Source: an uncultured virus (IMG/VR IMGVR_UViG_3300036793_000098) (Duplodnaviria > Heunggongvirae > Uroviricota > Caudoviricetes). Taken from it: a stretch of DNA of 20,000 nucleotides. Made by a program: the position numbers and the translations under genes. The DNA lies in the IMG/VR virus record IMGVR_UViG_3300036793_000098; one strand, given 5' to 3'. A model generated the notes under the pieces. It ran no database searches, had not been told where the DNA came from, and saw only the letters and a list, made by a program, of their open reading frames with translations. This document shows, in pieces, positions 7,903-16,004 of the stretch; positions within the stretch are counted from its first letter, which is position 1; every line of letters starts with the position of its first letter.

Positions 7903-8574
7903 CGAACCCACGCCCCCTATCCGGTTGTCCGTACTTCAGCTCGAACTGGTCCAACTCCAGGTCACCCGGGTCTTCCGCGCCCTGAGCGAACTGGGCGCCC
8001 CGCAAACTGGCGAAGGCTTGACGCGCGTCGTCGCGTTCCTGGCCGAACGGGCCCCGGATCGCCATCCACGCGTCCCACTCCGCCAAATCCGTGGCGGTAC
8101 CGCAGGCCCTCAGGAATGCGCGGCGGGAGGCGAACTTGAGATGGGCCGCGAGGTCGAGCTGGCGGAGGATGTCCGGGCGGCTCCGGATTTTCCCTCAAGC
8201 GCCTTCTTCGAGTCCTTCGTCATGTGCGACAACTTCCGGGCCAGATCCGCGATCCGCTCACACCCGGCCGAACCGAGCGAGTTCACCACCGCGATACCGC
8301 GACCGGTGTCCGGCCAAATGCGGGCACCGGATGCCTGCCGGGCCGCGAACACGACCAGGCGGGAAGTGTTGTTCGACATGTTCAGCTCGTAGTCGGAGCC
8401 ATCAATCTCGAACATCGGTGCCCGGTACTCGTCCATCTCCGCGGCGGTCAGCTCCTGCACCCACACCGAGCACTTCCACTCGGGAACGTCGATGCGCTGG
8501 CGGGCGGCCTCCCACTTGATGCCGCCGGAGTCGACCAGCTCGGGGAACTCGAAGTCGTCGTCAAACTCGCTCAT
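7889..8574 (-). CDS. Tail assembly chaperone, long (gpGT-like) form made by programmed -1 frameshift
   Basis: The -1 frame is open from the slippery site to the stop at 7889 (KIRSRPDILRQLDLAAHL...LAEWDAWMAIRGPFGQERDDAR...). It has a TGA just upstream of the slip site, and includes track ORF 7889..8086. Confidence 0.85.
8110..8574 (-). CDS. Tail assembly chaperone, short (gpG-like) form
   Basis: The motif VPEWxxxVWVxELTAAExDxY is typical of tail chaperones. AGGAG lies 8 nt upstream of ATG 8574 (the track start is 8607). Confidence 0.85.
   Translation of the reverse strand: MSEFDDDFEFPELVDSGGIKWEAARQRIDVPEWKCSVWVQELTAAEMDEYRAPMFEIDGSDYELNMSNNTSRLVVFAARQASGARIWPDTGRGIAVVNSLGSAGCERIADLARKLSHMTKDSKKALEGKSGAARTSSASSTSRPISSSPPAAHS
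8188..8194 (-). other. Programmed -1 ribosomal frameshift slippery site G GGA AAA
   Basis: The plus strand reads ttttccc at 8188-8194. This is an XXXYYYZ heptamer in the correct phase (GAG GGA AAA, E-G-K), the canonical actinophage chaperone slip site. Confidence 0.9.
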
Positions 8575-8622
8575 TCTCATGTCTCCTGTTTTGTGATGCA
8601 CGAACAACCCCCAACGTGAGGG

Positions 8623-9051
8623 TCAGATTTCGATCGCGGCGCTAACCGCTTCCTCAGTCGCCGCGACGGCGGGTCCACGGCCGGCCTCGAACCCCACCGC
8701 GACGTAATGGGTGGCGGGCACGTGCACGTGGTGGGCGAAGATGGTGCGTGCGTCGATCTGGAACACCATCAGCGGGTTGCCGTAGTTGTCCCCGCCGGAG
8801 TTCTGGATGTTGTTGTAAACCGTGTTACCAGTGATCATCCAGCCTTCGCCGTCATCGTGTTTGTCGATGGAATCCCGCAACCGACCGGTTTTCACTGGGG
8901 CCGCGTCCTTCATCGACTGCACGAACGCATCCGCGCCGGGCGAGAGCACTTCGGTGAGGCCGGGGGGCTCGAGGACGTACTCGACACGCTTCAACATGTC
9001 CTGCACGTCGCCGAGCCCGTCCCACTCCGCCTCAATGCGGATTTCCGCCAC
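8623..9051 (-). CDS. HK97 gp10-like tail completion / neck protein
   Basis: Contains the motif APVKTGRLRDSI; 142 aa; start overlaps the major tail gene stop. Confidence 0.8.
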   Translation of the reverse strand: MAEIRIEAEWDGLGDVQDMLKRVEYVLEPPGLTEVLSPGADAFVQSMKDAAPVKTGRLRDSIDKHDDGEGWMITGNTVYNNIQNSGGDNYGNPLMVFQIDARTIFAHHVHVPATHYVAVGFEAGRGPAVAATEEAVSAAIEI

Positions 9052-9809
9052 TAGCTGTAGACAACGCCGCGCGCGAAACCGACCAGGGCCAGGAACGACG
9101 GGGTGGTACCCGAGATCGTCCAGTTGGCCCGCACCTGCGCCGGGATCGTCTGCTGCTTGGGCAGCACGATCCGCTGCGCCGACGCCGTGGTCGCCGCGGT
9201 GAACGCCATCCCAGGGATGTCGGTCCAGGTGGTGCCGTCCGGGGAGCCCTGGAACTTCAGCGTCATCGACGGAGTGGTGCCCGTGACAGAGAAGACGTGC
9301 AGCTGCGCGTTCGCGCCGGCGACGGTCGCCCCACCGTTCGGGGTGTTGTCCAACGCCGCGGACATGCCGGTCGTGGTGGTGAACGCGTTCGGGGACAGCA
9401 GGATGTAGCCGTCATCGACGTAACCACGGGCCATCATGGTGCAGTCGATGGTGACCGCACCCTTCAGCTTCGCGTCGATGTCGTACTTGGTGATGACCGA
9501 CGGCTGCATGACCATCGGGCCACCCAGGGGCCACCCGAGGGCGCCGTAGGCGGCGAGCACGTCGGAGTCCTGACCGAACCGCTGGTTCACGATCCCGTCG
9601 ATGTTGTTGTACCCGGGGGTGTAGAAGCCCTTGAGTTCGATCGAAGCCTTCTGGATACCGGCCAGGTCGTAGGAGAACCGGTCACCGAACACCGTCGCGT
9701 CGATCGTCGCGGCGTCCCGCTTGGCCTTCAGCTCGTTACCGTTACCGGACATGTCGTACTGGTCAAACGCGACCGCGACATTCCGGCCGACATACACCTG
9801 AGCGGTCAT
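9051..9809 (-). CDS. Major tail (tube) protein with C-terminal beta-sandwich extension
   Basis: The N-terminal ~135 aa has the tube-like pattern IDATVFG...LAGIQKASIELKGFY. The C-terminal domain has GSPDGTTW and VRANWTISGTTPS. Located upstream of the chaperone and TMP genes. Confidence 0.8.
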   Translation of the reverse strand: MTAQVYVGRNVAVAFDQYDMSGNGNELKAKRDAATIDATVFGDRFSYDLAGIQKASIELKGFYTPGYNNIDGIVNQRFGQDSDVLAAYGALGWPLGGPMVMQPSVITKYDIDAKLKGAVTIDCTMMARGYVDDGYILLSPNAFTTTTGMSAALDNTPNGGATVAGANAQLHVFSVTGTTPSMTLKFQGSPDGTTWTDIPGMAFTAATTASAQRIVLPKQQTIPAQVRANWTISGTTPSFLALVGFARGVVYS

Positions 9810-10012
9810 TTAGCCGCACTCCCATCGTTGTTGCCAGGTTGGCTAGACCCGGCGGGGGCCGGGACGATTAGCTGCCACTCGAGATATGTCTCGGTGTCTG
9901 GGTGATCGGCCGGCCAGCTCTGCGGCGGCTCGTAATGCGTGTGCTTGCCGTTGTCATCTCGATCGAACGGCTGATTTACGACATAGCTCGGCGCCGTAGC
10001 CTTGCTGGCCAT
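9806..10012 (-). CDS. Hypothetical protein (68 aa)
   Basis: AGGAG RBS upstream; end overlaps the major tail gene start; fills the operon gap. Confidence 0.65.
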   Translation of the reverse strand: MASKATAPSYVVNQPFDRDDNGKHTHYEPPQSWPADHPDTETYLEWQLIVPAPAGSSQPGNNDGSAAK

Positions 10013-10022
10013 TGGTTTTCTC

Positions 10023-10439
10023 CTAAGCCCACAACTGCAAAGACAGTTGGATGCCTAAATAGTTGGTGCCGCCGACCTTGTACGACCCGTACCGGGAGGC
10101 GGCGAGCACTTGGACCGAGTTACTGGTCAGCGCGGACAGGGCGTCGGTGACGGTGTCGTCCTGCAGCCGGGTCACGAACGGGCCGTCCGGGTCGATGTAC
10201 TCGTCCAGGAAGTCCTGCGCCGACTCGATGTCGATGCGGTTCGTGATGATCTCGATCAGGAAATTCCACTGACCGACCGCACCCCGGAACACCTGCTGGT
10301 AATCCACCAGCGGCCGATCTGGCACCACCCACGCGCACGGCACATTCGCCGTGTCCGTGATCCGCGGGTAGATGGTGAAGTCGTCGATGTTGCCCAACCG
10401 CTCGGCGATCGCCTCACGCAGCGCGGAGAGCCGGTTCAT
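10023..10439 (-). CDS. Tail terminator-like / head-tail joining protein
   Basis: 138 aa, ATGA-coupled to the connector gene. The pattern LSALREAIAERL...P.A.V.P...AQDFLDEYI...G is typical of actinophage neck proteins. Confidence 0.65.
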   Translation of the reverse strand: MNRLSALREAIAERLGNIDDFTIYPRITDTANVPCAWVVPDRPLVDYQQVFRGAVGQWNFLIEIITNRIDIESAQDFLDEYIDPDGPFVTRLQDDTVTDALSALTSNSVQVLAASRYGSYKVGGTNYLGIQLSLQLWA

Positions 10440-11173
10440 GCGACGACCACGTCACGCAGCCCCCGCAACAGCGAACACGCCAGGGGGTTGATCCCGGAGT
10501 GCAGCTGAATGCCCTTCTGGCCACCGAACACGCCGGTGGATAGCCCAGTGGTGCCGGCGGACCCGTTGGTGAAGTCCTTCGACTTGTAGTAGTCGATGGC
10601 CAGGATTTGGCAGGCCTGCTTCACCTGGGCCGGTACCGCCGGCCAACCCCACTGCGCGGTGACCTGCACCCGTGCCCGCTGCGACGGGCCGAACAGGGTT
10701 TGCCCGTAATAGCCGGCGCCGGCCCACCCGTAACCACCGGCGTAGCCGTAGCCGTAACCGTTGTACGGGTAGGAGATGAAAGGCTGGTTCCGGGCACCCG
10801 GGAAGAACCGGGCCCCCACCGCCACGATCCGACTGGACGGAAAACCGTACAGCGGGGAGAGCGGCTCGGCCTGCCAGTCCGTGACGCCCCAGGTCGTTTC
10901 GAAAACACCGTCGTTGTCGTCGTCGGTCTTCACGAGCAACCCGGCGGCGGTGGCGAACGAACCGGTGAACGCCGTGCCGGGCTGATCGGGGGCCAGTACC
11001 CGGGCGGTTACCACACCGGGGTCGGTCCAGAACTGGTCACGGCAATGCTCTTCGATCCGCCGCGACGCCGCGCTGATCGCCACCGCCAACAGATCGTCGT
11101 TCGAGTCATTCTTGATCTGCAGCGCGGACTTCAGCTGGTCGACGGTGATGTAGTCCGTGACCGGAGCGGTCAT
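10436..11173 (-). CDS. Head-to-tail connector/adaptor (HK97 gp6 / SPP1 gp15-like)
   Basis: N-terminus YITVDQLKSAL...DDLL..AI.AASR.IE..C...F and the motif VQVTAQWGWPAVPxxVKQA. Confidence 0.85.
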   Translation of the reverse strand: MTAPVTDYITVDQLKSALQIKNDSNDDLLAVAISAASRRIEEHCRDQFWTDPGVVTARVLAPDQPGTAFTGSFATAAGLLVKTDDDNDGVFETTWGVTDWQAEPLSPLYGFPSSRIVAVGARFFPGARNQPFISYPYNGYGYGYAGGYGWAGAGYYGQTLFGPSQRARVQVTAQWGWPAVPAQVKQACQILAIDYYKSKDFTNGSAGTTGLSTGVFGGQKGIQLHSGINPLACSLLRGLRDVVVA

Positions 11174-11175
11174 GG

Positions 11176-11535
11176 CTAGACGAGTTCCCCACCGGTCACC
11201 GAGAACGTCAGCGACGGAGTGGTGCCCGCGATCGTCCAGGTCAGCCGGACGAACCGGTCCAGCCCGGCGAACGACTTACGCTCGCTGGACACACCGGTCT
11301 TCTGCGCGAACGAGCCGACCGTGTACCAGGTGGAGTTATCCGCACTGGTCTCCAGCTTCAGGTCCAGCGTCGGTGAACCAGACACGGCGGTGACGTTCAG
11401 GAACAGGCTGCGCAGCCCGCTCCGGGCACCGACCTCAACGGCCGGGGCCGACGCGGTAGTGGTCCGGGCGGCGGACGCGACGGCCGGGAACAACTCGGTG
11501 TGGACGTACGTTCCGTCCGTCTTCTGGTAGGGCAC
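11176..11535 (-). CDS. Small beta-sandwich virion protein (possible capsid cement/decoration protein)
   Basis: AGGAG RBS and GTG start. LETSADNSTW...RFVRLTWTIAGTTPS is paralogous to the major tail C-terminal domain. Confidence 0.65.
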   Translation of the reverse strand: MPYQKTDGTYVHTELFPAVASAARTTTASAPAVEVGARSGLRSLFLNVTAVSGSPTLDLKLETSADNSTWYTVGSFAQKTGVSSERKSFAGLDRFVRLTWTIAGTTPSLTFSVTGGELV

Positions 11536-11553
11536 GACTGCTCCTAAACGGGG

Positions 11554-11769
11554 TTAGCGGGGGTACTTGCGGGGGCGACCCGGGCCGCGACGAACCTCTG
11601 GAGCACCGGCACTGCGCTCGGGGGTCAGCACGTCCTCACGGGTCACGTACTCGGCGACGCCATCCCGAACCCACGCCTGCGCCTGTTCAGGACTCAGCTG
11701 CACTTCCTCGCCGGTTTCCCAGCTATTGCGAGAGTTGGCGATCGAGGTGAGCATCCGAACCCGAGGCAT
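11554..11769 (-). CDS. Small post-capsid protein with C-terminal AT-hook-like motif
   Basis: 71 aa, TGATG-coupled. GEEVQL...A..W...G.A pattern; ends RRGPGRPRKYPR. Confidence 0.7.
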   Translation of the reverse strand: MPRVRMLTSIANSRNSWETGEEVQLSPEQAQAWVRDGVAEYVTREDVLTPERSAGAPEVRRGPGRPRKYPR

Positions 11770-12023
11770 CAGCGGGTCCGGTGGACGTAGACAATCGGCT
11801 GGTCAGCCGGCGGCAATTCGCCGTTGAGGTTCCACGCGGCCGCCAGTTCGGCATCCGACGGATCCTCTTCGACCATCAGAACGAACGGGTCGCTCTGCAT
11901 GGGGCTGCCGTCCAGATTGCGAGTCACGGAAGCGACACGGTCAGCGTTATCGAGGATCTCAACAGTCTTCGGCGCCTTCGGTGCGGGCTCCGACTTCGCG
12001 GCTGGCGCCTTCCTGACAGCCAT
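11769..12023 (-). CDS. Hypothetical protein (84 aa)
   Basis: AAGGAG RBS 5 nt before the ATG; coupled to the next gene. Confidence 0.7.
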   Translation of the reverse strand: MAVRKAPAAKSEPAPKAPKTVEILDNADRVASVTRNLDGSPMQSDPFVLMVEEDPSDAELAAAWNLNGELPPADQPIVYVHRTR

Positions 12024-12048
12024 GACAGCTCCTTATTCGAGGTGGAAA

Positions 12049-12089
12049 CACCACACGGCCCCGCCGGGGAGCTACGGGGCCGTGTGGTG
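12049..12089 (-). terminator. Intrinsic terminator / stabilising hairpin downstream of the major capsid gene
   Basis: Perfect 15-bp inverted repeat CACCACACGGCCCCG (12049-12063) / CGGGGCCGTGTGGTG (12075-12089) with an 11-nt loop, followed by TTT on the minus strand. Confidence 0.8.
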
Positions 12090-12104
12090 GGTATTCGGGA
12101 CGGA

Positions 12105-13376
12105 TCAGGCGTGGTGCTGGAACGCGCGGATGGCCGAGGGGTCATCCGGACGGGCGTCGAGACGCAGGAACGCCAAGTAGGCGACCTGGAGTTCCGTCAT
12201 GAACCGCTCGCCGAAGCGGACCATCTGCATGTCGAGCACCTGGCGGACGATGTAGCCGGCGTTGAAGTCGCCGAACAGAATCGACTTGTTCGACGCGCCC
12301 GGAACGGACATGCCCTGGTCGATCGTGTAGGGCAGGCCGTTGATGGTCGCCGGGAAGCCGGGGGTCGGCACGGGCAGCCAGATCGGGCGGCCCATGGTGT
12401 CCTTCAGCTTCCGCAGCGTCGCCAGGGTCTGGTCCGCCATCAGGAAACGGCACGCCGCCGCCCGGTACGCCGGATCCAAGCTGTGCTCGAGGTCGATCAG
12501 GTTGTCGTAGGTGATCGACGTCTGGTCGGCGCCAGTCACCGCGACGGTCGCGTTGGTGGCAGCACCCTCAGGCTGGCCGGAACCAGAACCGGAAACCAGG
12601 TGCGTGGCAACGATGCGGCCGAGGCGCACACCGAGCTTCTGCGGCAGCCACACGTCCAAGTTGAACGCGGAGTCCTGCAGGATCTGCAGCGACGCCTTCA
12701 CCAGGTTCGAGGTGTACATGTACGCCCCGATAGTGCGGGTGCCGAACGTGGTGTCGAGCTCGGAAGCGGTAGAACCTTCGGCGAGGATCGCACCGACGTT
12801 GGCGGTGTCATCGTTGGTCGGCCACTGCAGCGGGTTACCAGTGCTGGTGGTGATGACGTTGGCGTGGTTCAGCAGGCCGCCGTACGCCTTCATTGTCTCG
12901 ACCAGCACGGTGCGGTAGCCCGGCGGGATCAGGTAGCCACCGGCCGCACCGGAGGTGGTGGCCTGCGCGGCGCGGGTGTCCATCTCGGAGCTGTTGGAGA
13001 TGAGCAGCTGGCGCTGTTCGATGTTCAGACCTTCGAGGCCACGGCGCATGTACTGGCTGAACGCCCGGTTGTACTCGGCGCTCTGCTTCTCCGCGCGAGC
13101 CTCGGGGGTCTCCACGTCGCCACCCGCGCGGGTGTCCACGACCTGACCGAGGTCCACCGAGTCCAGGTCGGCGACCTTGCGGGCGCGCTTGGCCTGGTTC
13201 TGCAGGCGCTCGATGTCGGCCTCGATGACGTTGATGTCCTCGTTGGCCTTGTCCCAGTTGGTGCGCTCTTCGGCGGTCCAGTCGCGGCCCTCTTCCTCGG
13301 CGCGCTCCTGGATGTCCTGCATCCGCTGGTAGATCTTGTTGTACTGCTCGGTCTTCTTCCGGAGCTCGTCGCTCAT
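12105..13376 (-). CDS. Major capsid protein, HK97 family, with N-terminal coiled-coil delta domain
   Basis: AGGYLIP, ILAEG, GSGSGQPEG, LRKLKDTMGRPIW and ILFGDF motifs; GAAAGGA RBS. Confidence 0.97.
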   Translation of the reverse strand: MSDELRKKTEQYNKIYQRMQDIQERAEEEGRDWTAEERTNWDKANEDINVIEADIERLQNQAKRARKVADLDSVDLGQVVDTRAGGDVETPEARAEKQSAEYNRAFSQYMRRGLEGLNIEQRQLLISNSSEMDTRAAQATTSGAAGGYLIPPGYRTVLVETMKAYGGLLNHANVITTSTGNPLQWPTNDDTANVGAILAEGSTASELDTTFGTRTIGAYMYTSNLVKASLQILQDSAFNLDVWLPQKLGVRLGRIVATHLVSGSGSGQPEGAATNATVAVTGADQTSITYDNLIDLEHSLDPAYRAAACRFLMADQTLATLRKLKDTMGRPIWLPVPTPGFPATINGLPYTIDQGMSVPGASNKSILFGDFNAGYIVRQVLDMQMVRFGERFMTELQVAYLAFLRLDARPDDPSAIRAFQHHA

Positions 13377-13405
13377 GGCTCGCGTCCTTTCACGGGCACG
13401 CCAAA

Positions 13406-13433
13406 CACCCCCGAACGCGACGCGTTGGGGGTG
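13406..13433 (-). promoter_or_regulatory. Intergenic hairpin upstream of the capsid RBS
   Basis: CACCCCC-g-AACGCG / CGCGTT-GGGGGTG inverted repeat, followed by TTT on the minus strand. Confidence 0.55.
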
Positions 13434-13450
13434 CGGAGGTGGTTAGTGGG

Positions 13451-14290
13451 TTAGGCGGCTAGACGGCTCTTGCGGAACTTCAGATCCCGCAACTTCGCCT
13501 TGGCCAGTTCGCTCTGAGACGGGGCATACCGAGTGGACGCGGCCGGCTCGGTTTCCGGGACCTCAGCTGGTTCTACTTCAGGGTCGGCGCCATGAGTGGT
13601 CTCAGCCGGCTCATCACGAACGACGTCGTCCAGCAGCTCAGCGAGCTCTGGGCGGAACTTGGTGCGCCGGGCGATCGCTTCCGGATCGCCACGGTGGCGC
13701 AGTGCGGTGGTGATGGAGTCCCGCACGCCGGCGTCGGTGGACTCGTAGGCAGGGAAGGTCACCGGAGACACCTCGATGAGCTTCGCCTCACGAATTACCC
13801 GCACCTCAACCTCTGAGGTGCCGCCGTCGGCACCGCGGACCTCTTCGGTGGTCCAGTCGTCCTTGACGACCTGGAAACCGAAGCTCATCCCGGTGATGTT
13901 GCCGTTACGCAGGTTCGCCACCAGGTCATTGACGTAGGACAGGCTGGTGTCGAGCTCCGAATCCACGGCTAGGCCGCGCAGGTCTTGGGACAGCCGCAGC
14001 GTGCCGGCCGACACCCGGGACACCACGTGCGCGGAGTCGTGGTCGATCAGCATCCGGGCGTCGCCCTCGGCGATCGTCTTGGAGAACGCGCCGGGGGCGA
14101 TCTCCTCGAAGAACCCGAACGTCTGCGGGTTCCCGATCGCCGTCCTTGAGTTGAACACCGCGGCGTGACCACCGAAGCGGGGGCCGACGTTCTCACTGCC
14201 GGCATCAACGGACACGGACGCGTCGGACAGAGTGAGACTGCGACGCTCTTCACCACTCGGCAGGCTGCGAAGCATCGCCGATCCCTTCAC
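13451..14290 (-). CDS. HK97-family prohead (capsid maturation) protease
   Basis: GHAAVFNS, LIDHD (catalytic His), GMSFGF (catalytic Ser) and LIEVSPVTFPAY motifs. Alternative ATG start at 14275. Confidence 0.95.
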   Translation of the reverse strand: MKGSAMLRSLPSGEERRSLTLSDASVSVDAGSENVGPRFGGHAAVFNSRTAIGNPQTFGFFEEIAPGAFSKTIAEGDARMLIDHDSAHVVSRVSAGTLRLSQDLRGLAVDSELDTSLSYVNDLVANLRNGNITGMSFGFQVVKDDWTTEEVRGADGGTSEVEVRVIREAKLIEVSPVTFPAYESTDAGVRDSITTALRHRGDPEAIARRTKFRPELAELLDDVVRDEPAETTHGADPEVEPAEVPETEPAASTRYAPSQSELAKAKLRDLKFRKSRLAA

Positions 14291-14565
14291 TAGTCGAGGT
14301 ACGGCACGAGCTCGGTGGTGCCCGTGGTCCGATCGACGAAAACTCCGCCCGGGAAGTCCACGGCGGGCAAGATCTGCGTTTCTGACGCGCCGGCGGGAAG
14401 GTTGATGAGCACCTGAAGCGCGCCAGCCGTCGAGGTGCCGTTACGCAGCACGACCTGCGCTGCCGCAGCTGCGGTTTCTCGTATTGAGTAGCCCACCAGC
14501 TCGCAGCTTCCGGTCACCGCCTGCACATCGGCGGTGCCTGCTGCCACAACTACGCAAATAGCCAT
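14290..14565 (-). CDS. Small beta-rich hypothetical protein between portal and protease
   Basis: 91 aa, GAGGGG RBS; stop overlaps the protease start. Confidence 0.7.
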   Translation of the reverse strand: MAICVVVAAGTADVQAVTGSCELVGYSIRETAAAAAQVVLRNGTSTAGALQVLINLPAGASETQILPAVDFPGGVFVDRTTGTTELVPYLD

Positions 14566-14584
14566 CTCAACCCCTCATCGCTAC

Positions 14585-15832
14585 TTATCCATCAGACGGG
14601 CCGAGCGACGAACCGCCGAGTACTTTGTCGGAGCCCATCGGGGCATTGACCGCGTTCGGGTTGATCGGCTGCAGGTACACCTGGCCGGCACCGTTGGGCA
14701 GCGGCGGCAGATCTTCCAGGTCGCGGATCTCATCGACGTTGTAAGCGCCCATCTCCCGCATCACCCGGTAGTACTCAGCCCGGGCGATCGAGTCACCGCG
14801 CAGCAGGCTGTCGATGTCGTAACGGGCCTTCTGGCCGGCCGGGAGCAGCTCCTTGGTGATCCGCTGCTCGGCCGGGGCCAACCACGTCGGGTGCAGATCG
14901 AACTGGTTGAACCCACGGGCCTGCTGCTCAAGGCCACTACCCCACGAAGTGGTCTTGTCGGTCTGGTACATCAGGTACGGCGGGATACCGAAGAACCGGG
15001 CGAGCTCCGTGATCTGAAAGTCGCGGGACTCGAGCATCTGCGCGTCGTCGTTGGGCATGACCAGGGACTGGAACTTTGCCCCCGAGTCCAACACCGCTAC
15101 CCGGTGCGCCCCGTCGATGCCGGAAAACTTCTCCGCCCACCGGGCCTGCAACGTTTCGGCCTGAGCCTGGTCCAGTTCAGCATCGGTCTGCAGCAACCCG
15201 GACAGCAGGTTCCCGGAACGGAACAGTCTCGCGGCGGTCGCTTCCGCCGCCTGCGCCATCCCGATCGCCTGCGCGGCCATCCGCACCGGCGACACCCCGA
15301 TGAGCCCGTCATAACCCAGACCGGGCACGTGGAAGATCTCGTTGGGGGTCATCGGGGTCACCGTGCCGTGCTCGTCGGTGACCTTGAAAACCTTCCCGCT
15401 GGGGTTCTGTGGGATCGACTTTGCCTTGCCCACCTGCACCCGGTTCGGCAGCAGCGGGTTCAGCCAGGCGACCTGACCGCCGCGCTTGTACACCTTCTGC
15501 GAGTAGGCGTTGCCCCACAGGCAGCGGTGCACCGCGTTCAGCCGCCAGAACTCCAGCGGAGTGAGCTCCGGGTGCGGGTCGTCGAGGATGGTGCCCTCAA
15601 CCGGCTTCTTCGTGGCGATGTCCACCGCCATCAACGGCAGCGAACCGGCCAGTCCGGACACCAGCGACGTCGCCCGGTACACCGCCGACATGTTCATGGC
15701 CGTGTACTCAGTGACCGGCACACCGGAATCGGTGGGTTGACCGCCGAACAGGCCCAGAAGTGACAGGTTGGTCAGCGGAACGGCCGGGTTTTCGATGTTC
15801 GCCCGACGCTCTTTGATTTTGAAGAGGCTCAC
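14585..15832 (-). CDS. Portal protein, HK97 family
   Basis: AVYRA..L.SG...SLPL, LWGNAY, EIFHV.G.G.DGL.G.SP, DAQMLESRDFQI.E.ARFFGIPP and LLRGD...R..YY motifs. Confidence 0.97.
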   Translation of the reverse strand: MSLFKIKERRANIENPAVPLTNLSLLGLFGGQPTDSGVPVTEYTAMNMSAVYRATSLVSGLAGSLPLMAVDIATKKPVEGTILDDPHPELTPLEFWRLNAVHRCLWGNAYSQKVYKRGGQVAWLNPLLPNRVQVGKAKSIPQNPSGKVFKVTDEHGTVTPMTPNEIFHVPGLGYDGLIGVSPVRMAAQAIGMAQAAEATAARLFRSGNLLSGLLQTDAELDQAQAETLQARWAEKFSGIDGAHRVAVLDSGAKFQSLVMPNDDAQMLESRDFQITELARFFGIPPYLMYQTDKTTSWGSGLEQQARGFNQFDLHPTWLAPAEQRITKELLPAGQKARYDIDSLLRGDSIARAEYYRVMREMGAYNVDEIRDLEDLPPLPNGAGQVYLQPINPNAVNAPMGSDKVLGGSSLGPSDG

Positions 15833-15990
15833 CGGCGCGACGCTGCTTCAGCCATCGCCCAGCGCTCGCAGGACACCACAACCGCCAGTCCGGCCACCAG
15901 GAACGCCGCCGGCACGTAAATCAGGGCGCAACCGGCCACGAACAGGCACAATCCGACGATTTCGACGGTCAAAAGGAGCCACTGAGGCAT
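15829..15990 (-). CDS. Small two-TM membrane protein (53 aa) between terL and portal
   Basis: GAAAGGAG RBS before ATG 15990; MPQWLLLTVEIVGLCLFVAGCALIYVPAAFLVAGLAVVV; GTGA overlap with the portal start. This is the 3' part of track ORF 15829..16377. Confidence 0.8.
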   Translation of the reverse strand: MPQWLLLTVEIVGLCLFVAGCALIYVPAAFLVAGLAVVVSCERWAMAEAASRR

Positions 15991-16004
15991 GATTCGGGCT
16001 CCTT

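Noticed and set aside
7962..8198. Track ORF MRENPEPP... as the frameshift extension
   Set aside because: It is the +1 frame with low-complexity Pro/Arg content. The -1 frame ending at 7889 has the gpT-like EWxAW...GP.G..R.D motif.
3883..8392. Long plus-strand ORFs (e.g. 4805..6766, 5956..7278, 3883..5064)
   Set aside because: Antisense shadows of the GC3-biased tape measure gene. High GC suppresses stop codons, and they show no protein-like motifs.
11781..15763. Plus-strand ORFs 11781..13454 and 14534..15763
   Set aside because: Antisense shadows of the capsid and portal genes.
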